DNA of 64,000 nucleotides, taken from assembly GCA_965248265.1 (NCBI GenBank), contig CBDFJF010000002.1:800001-864000 (forward strand). The letters run 5' to 3'. The notes under the pieces are model-generated. The model was given only the letters and a program-made list of their open reading frames with translations. It was not told the origin of the DNA and searched no databases. The stretch is from Candidatus Latescibacterota bacterium (GTDB taxonomy: Bacteria; Latescibacterota; UBA2968; UBA8231). Positions 59,975 through 64,000 of the stretch are shown here, piece by piece. Both the position numbers and the translations under genes were made by a program. Each line of letters opens with the position of its first letter. Within the stretch, counting starts at the first letter, position 1.

Positions 59975-61333
59975 ATGACTGCAAACACCAGCCTCAACGT
60001 GTTACTCGTCGATGACGAGGACATCATTCACCAGACCATCGGCGACTACCTTCACGATCTGGGGCATACCGTCGACAGTGTCCATGACGGCTCCTCAGGT
60101 GTGAAATCGCTGACCGACCAGGAGTACGACCTGGCGCTCGTCGACATCCGCATGCCGGGAATGGATGGGCTCTCGCTGCTCTCTCGGGTGCGCGAGGTCC
60201 GTCCGGAGCTTTTGATCGTCATCATAACCGGTCACGGCGATATGGAAACGGCCATTCACGCGCTGCGTCTGGGAGCGGCTGATTTCCTGCCGAAGCCGAT
60301 AAAGCTACTCGATCTGGATGCCGTGCTGGAAAAGGCGAAGCGTCTCCGGGAGCTGCATACGGAAAGCTCGCAACTGCGAGAAAAAATTCGCGGCTTGCAG
60401 GAAGTCAATGAGCAAAAGGCCAAACTCCGCTTCGTCGGAGAGAGCCAGGCAGTAAGCGAGATTCGAACGCAGATAAAACATGCGGTAGAGGGAGCAGCAG
60501 AAACCGTGCTGGTAACTGGTGAGACGGGCGTTGGCAAGGAACTCGTCGCCAAGGAGATCCACTCTCAATCTCAGGATGCTGACGGTCCGTTGATCGCCGT
60601 CAACTGTGCCGCCATGACCGAATCACTCGTGGAAAGCGAGCTCTTCGGTCACACCAAGGGGGCTTTCACCGGGGCCACGAATGACCGCGCCGGGTACTTC
60701 GAGCTCGCCGACGGCGGAACCCTGTTCCTGGACGAGATCGGTGACCTGTCGCCCTCGGCGCAGGCAAAGATGCTGCGGGTGCTCGAGACGCGCAGTGTGC
60801 GTCGGGTCGGTGGTACTTCGGAGATCAGCGTGAAGGTGCGAGTCGTGGCCGCCACCAACGCGTCGCTGGAAGAGCGGGTGGCGGCGGGAGATTTCCGTCA
60901 GGATCTGTTTTACCGCCTGAACATGTTCACCATTCACGTTCCTCCACTGCGCGACCGGCGTGCCGACATCGAACTGCTGGCACAACACTTTCTGTCCGAC
61001 TACGCCACCCGGAACGGTTTCATCTGTCCTGGATTCGAGGCCTCGGCTGAAGAGGCAATGATGGCCTACGACTATCCGGGCAACGCCCGTGAGTTGCGCA
61101 ATCTGGTCGAGCGTGCGGCCATTCTCGCGCGGGGCGAGTTGATCCGGGCCGAGCATCTGAACCTATCCTCGCCCGGACAGGCACCTACGCAGAGGACTGC
61201 GCCAGAGGGTGAAGAGGCCAAGATTACGTGGGCTCTGGAGGAGACCAAGTGGAATCGCCGCGCTGCTGCCCAGCTGCTGGGGATGCCGTATTCGACATTG
61301 CGCTACAAGATTCAGCGATTGAGGATCGGCTGA
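59975..61333 (+). CDS. Sigma54-dependent response regulator (NtrC/AtoC family; REC-AAA+-Fis HTH)
   Basis: REC domain; GETGVGKE, ESELFGH.KGAFTGA, LFLDEIG, FRQDLFYRL, YPGNAREL, AAQLLG...STLRYK. Confidence 0.95.
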   Translation: MTANTSLNVLLVDDEDIIHQTIGDYLHDLGHTVDSVHDGSSGVKSLTDQEYDLALVDIRMPGMDGLSLLSRVREVRPELLIVIITGHGDMETAIHALRLGAADFLPKPIKLLDLDAVLEKAKRLRELHTESSQLREKIRGLQEVNEQKAKLRFVGESQAVSEIRTQIKHAVEGAAETVLVTGETGVGKELVAKEIHSQSQDADGPLIAVNCAAMTESLVESELFGHTKGAFTGATNDRAGYFELADGGTLFLDEIGDLSPSAQAKMLRVLETRSVRRVGGTSEISVKVRVVAATNASLEERVAAGDFRQDLFYRLNMFTIHVPPLRDRRADIELLAQHFLSDYATRNGFICPGFEASAEEAMMAYDYPGNARELRNLVERAAILARGELIRAEHLNLSSPGQAPTQRTAPEGEEAKITWALEETKWNRRAAAQLLGMPYSTLRYKIQRLRIG

Positions 61334-61335
61334 TC

Positions 61336-63096
61336 GTGAGTTCCGTCGAAAGCCAGGACCACGACTCTACCGCCGAGGGTGCGGTCGGCACCCTTCAGAT
61401 GGTCGCTCTGGCGTTGAGTTCAGCCGCAGACCTGCCAGGCGCCCTGGTAGAAATCAAGGAAGCCATCGGCAGGGCGGGATTCGCGCCCAGTCGACTTCAC
61501 GTCGATGTCATGGACGAGGACACGAAGCGGTTCGAAAGCTATCCAATCATTGTTGAAGAGAGTCGTTGGCACGACGACCCCATAAACGAGGTGATCAAGT
61601 CCGAGACCCACGGCGACCAGCGACCCCGGCGTTGGGCAATCCAGCAATTGCACGGCTCGTACACATCGATTGCAGTGCCGACCACGCATGGTGTTGCGAC
61701 GGCAGTTGTGCCTGGTCGCGATTCCGTGGGTACCGACTTCGAGGATTTTCTGGGCGCCGCGTCACCGTGGTTGCAGTTGATCGCGATGCGGGCACGTGAC
61801 TGGCAGCGCCAGGAGGACGCCACGCAGGCGTTGGAGCGAGGCGTCGACGAACGCACGGCGGAGCTCTATGAGGCATTGATGATGGTCAGGAAGGAAGTGG
61901 AGGAGCGGCGGATCGCTCAACGGGAACGGAGCAGGGCGCAACAGTTTCTCGAGCACGTCATCCGGTCGAGTCCAGCCGTCGTCTATAGCTGTAAAACAGA
62001 GCGCGGCTTTCCGATGACCTTTGTCAGCGACAACGTCGCGATGTTGAGCGGCTTCACGCCTCAGGAGATCATCGACGATCCCGGGCTATGGCTGAGTCTG
62101 GTCCATCCTGACGACGTGGCCAGACTCATCGACGAAACCTCCGATTTTCTTGAAACCGGCAGCCTGGTATGCGAGTACCGGCTGCGTCACAAGGACGGCA
62201 GCACGAGGTGGATCCACGATGAAATGAGGTTGATTCGCACTCGCGGTCCCCGGCCCGAAATCATGGGCTCGTGGCTCGACATTTCCGAACGCGTGCAGTC
62301 GGAGGCGGCCCGGCGCCAGGTGGAACAAGAACTGGAGTCCCAGCGGGCACAGCACATGCGCTCGGATCGATTGCGTTCGCTGGGTGAGATGGCGGCTGGT
62401 ATCGCCCACGAGCTCAACCAACCTCTCGTTGGGGTCCGTGGCAAGGCCGAACACATAATTCTGGGCTTGGAGCGGGGATGGGATTTGAGTCCGCAGACGC
62501 TGAAAGATCGTGTCACCGGAATCGTCGAGCAGGCCGATCGCATGGAGCATATCATCGAACATGTGCGCATGTTCGCCCGCGAAGCCGGCAACCCCAAGAT
62601 GTCCCGCGTGCAGCTGAACGACGTCGTGAACTCGGCGATCGAGCTGCTGGGCGCGCAATTTCGATCACACGGCGTGGATCTGGCGACGGAACTGGCATCG
62701 GATCTTCCGTTGGTGATGGCGAATCCTTTTTCACTCGAAGAGGTGCTGCTCAATCTGCTGGCGAATGCGCGCGACGCCGTCGAGGAGGCCTATCCAGGCG
62801 CTGGCACGAACGAGGGAAAGGTCAGTATCAAGACCGGTGTGCGCGAAGGCGAGACGCGGCGGCGTGTTAGCATCGAGCTAACCGACAACGGCAACGGAGT
62901 ATCACGCGATCATCTCGAACGCGTGTTCGAACCCTTTTACACGACGAAGGATCCAGACAAAGGAACTGGACTGGGTCTGTCCGTTTCGAGGTCGATCGTG
63001 GAACAGTTGGACGGGCGCATCTGGATGGAGTCCGCTCCCGGAAATGGAACGAAAGTCAGCATCGTGTTCCCGGTTGCTGAGGATACCGGGTCCTGA
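61336..63096 (+). CDS. PAS-domain sensor histidine kinase
   Basis: PAS (VHPDD, EYRL.HKDG..RWI); [16 protein letters not shown]-box; [27 protein letters not shown]. Confidence 0.93.
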   Translation: MSSVESQDHDSTAEGAVGTLQMVALALSSAADLPGALVEIKEAIGRAGFAPSRLHVDVMDEDTKRFESYPIIVEESRWHDDPINEVIKSETHGDQRPRRWAIQQLHGSYTSIAVPTTHGVATAVVPGRDSVGTDFEDFLGAASPWLQLIAMRARDWQRQEDATQALERGVDERTAELYEALMMVRKEVEERRIAQRERSRAQQFLEHVIRSSPAVVYSCKTERGFPMTFVSDNVAMLSGFTPQEIIDDPGLWLSLVHPDDVARLIDETSDFLETGSLVCEYRLRHKDGSTRWIHDEMRLIRTRGPRPEIMGSWLDISERVQSEAARRQVEQELESQRAQHMRSDRLRSLGEMAAGIAHELNQPLVGVRGKAEHIILGLERGWDLSPQTLKDRVTGIVEQADRMEHIIEHVRMFAREAGNPKMSRVQLNDVVNSAIELLGAQFRSHGVDLATELASDLPLVMANPFSLEEVLLNLLANARDAVEEAYPGAGTNEGKVSIKTGVREGETRRRVSIELTDNGNGVSRDHLERVFEPFYTTKDPDKGTGLGLSVSRSIVEQLDGRIWMESAPGNGTKVSIVFPVAEDTGS

Positions 63097-63309
63097 TCAA
63101 GGTCGTCGACAGCGGTGCGGGTATTCCAGATGACACAGCCTCAAAGGTCTTCGATCCCCTCTTCACGACGAAGGATCCCGACAAGGGAACGGGCCTCGGC
63201 TTGGCCTCGAAATCGACTGTAGAAGAATTCGGCGGTACCCTGTCCCTGGAAACCTCCGTCTGGTAACGGAACCACCATTACCGTGGCATTGCCGGTCCTT
63301 CAGGACTGA
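63093..63309 (+). pseudogene. Relic HATPase C-terminus of a paralogous histidine kinase
   Basis: [12 protein letters not shown]....[36 protein letters not shown] / [11 protein letters not shown] with a frameshift and no start codon. Confidence 0.8.
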
Positions 63310-63423
63310 GCAGAACCCAGCTTTCTGGCTCAACGGCTACTCGACCGATTCCACTGATTCGATCCCTCTCATCCCAGTGGTTTCACCTACATCCCACAGC
63401 TCCTGATCAAGTTCAACCGCTCC

Positions 63424-63552
63424 TGTCAAATGTTGCTAACAAAAGTTGACAACAAACGCAGGCTCTCGACACTCTTTTTGTGGAACAAGTGGTGTAAATA
63501 AAATACAAACAATGAGTTAAAAATCGTTGATAGAACAGGCATGGCTCTTGCA
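63424..63552 (+). promoter_or_regulatory. Sigma54 promoter with IHF-like site and upstream activator motif
   Basis: AGGCATGGCTCTTGCA (GG 63538-9, GC 63550-1); AAACAATGAGTTA at 63507 in an AT-rich tract; 25-bp motif at 63424. Confidence 0.72.
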
Positions 63553-63613
63553 TTGCATAGTGCAGCATCGAGAGACACAGGAATCGACGAAAGGAATCAA
63601 GGGCAACATAGAC

Positions 63614-64000
63614 ATGGAACGAGCACTGAAGGTACTCCTCGTAGATGACGAGGAAATCGTGCACCTGACACTGGGAGACTACCTGTCCGACTGCGGCTAT
63701 CAGGTGGAAAAGGCGGTGGATGGGGTCCAAGCACTGCGGGCCATTGAAGCCGGCACACACGATCTGGTGATCGCTGACGTGCGCATGCCCGGTCTGGATG
63801 GACTGACCCTGCTGGCGAGGGTCAGAGAGAGGGACGCGGAGCTTCCCGTCATCATGATCACCGGCCATGGAGATGTGGACATGCAGGATCAGGCGGAGGG
63901 AATGGGGGCTACCGGATTTCTGCTGAAACCGATCAAGCTGCGGCACCTGGATGAACTTATCAGGCAACTGGTCGAAGGAGTCGGGTCATGCAGCTGCTGA
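63614..64000 (+). CDS. Single-domain response regulator (REC)
   Basis: VLLVDDE, DLVIADVRMPGLDG, MITGHG, FLLKP; TGA at 63998-64000. Confidence 0.88.
   Translation: MERALKVLLVDDEEIVHLTLGDYLSDCGYQVEKAVDGVQALRAIEAGTHDLVIADVRMPGLDGLTLLARVRERDAELPVIMITGHGDVDMQDQAEGMGATGFLLKPIKLRHLDELIRQLVEGVGSCSC

Noticed and set aside
1-64000. CRISPR arrays, tRNA/rRNA genes, integrases, transposases, prophage
   Set aside because: No regularly spaced repeats, cloverleaf-like sequences or recombinase/phage motifs were seen by eye.

Overview
GC-rich bacterial chromosomal window (roughly 60-65% GC by eye) from a diderm organism. The gene mix (many orphan oxidoreductases, DUF3604 and CehA/McbA metallohydrolases, a cNMP-REC regulator, beta-barrel OMPs) is reminiscent of uncultured FCB-group lineages such as Latescibacterota; this is inference only. 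About 50 CDS are present, mostly housekeeping, catabolic and transport genes: a PpiD/SurA-like isomerase, NAD kinase, PrpD, two cold-shock proteins, tandem gamma-glutamyltransferases, NDH-2, a KARI-like enzyme, a heparinase II/III-type lyase, an RND pump, an HTTM/VKGC-like protein and a sigma54 two-component locus. No rRNA, tRNA, CRISPR array, transposase or prophage was seen. The most notable sequence-level observations are: (1) a conserved structured 5' leader shared by two csp genes 33 kb apart, in which a conserved anti-SD segment can pair with each gene's own ribosome-binding site; (2) a protein that appears to be three Rid/YjgF domains fused in one chain; (3) a 25-bp enhancer-like motif repeated upstream of two sigma54 promoters, each with an IHF-like site; (4) a 203-bp MITE-like element; (5) divergent CysE-like and split-PilZ-like proteins; and (6) many gene lesions (an in-frame TAG, frameshifts, relics), which reflect either genome decay or assembly error. 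All calls come from motif recognition by eye; no searches were run.
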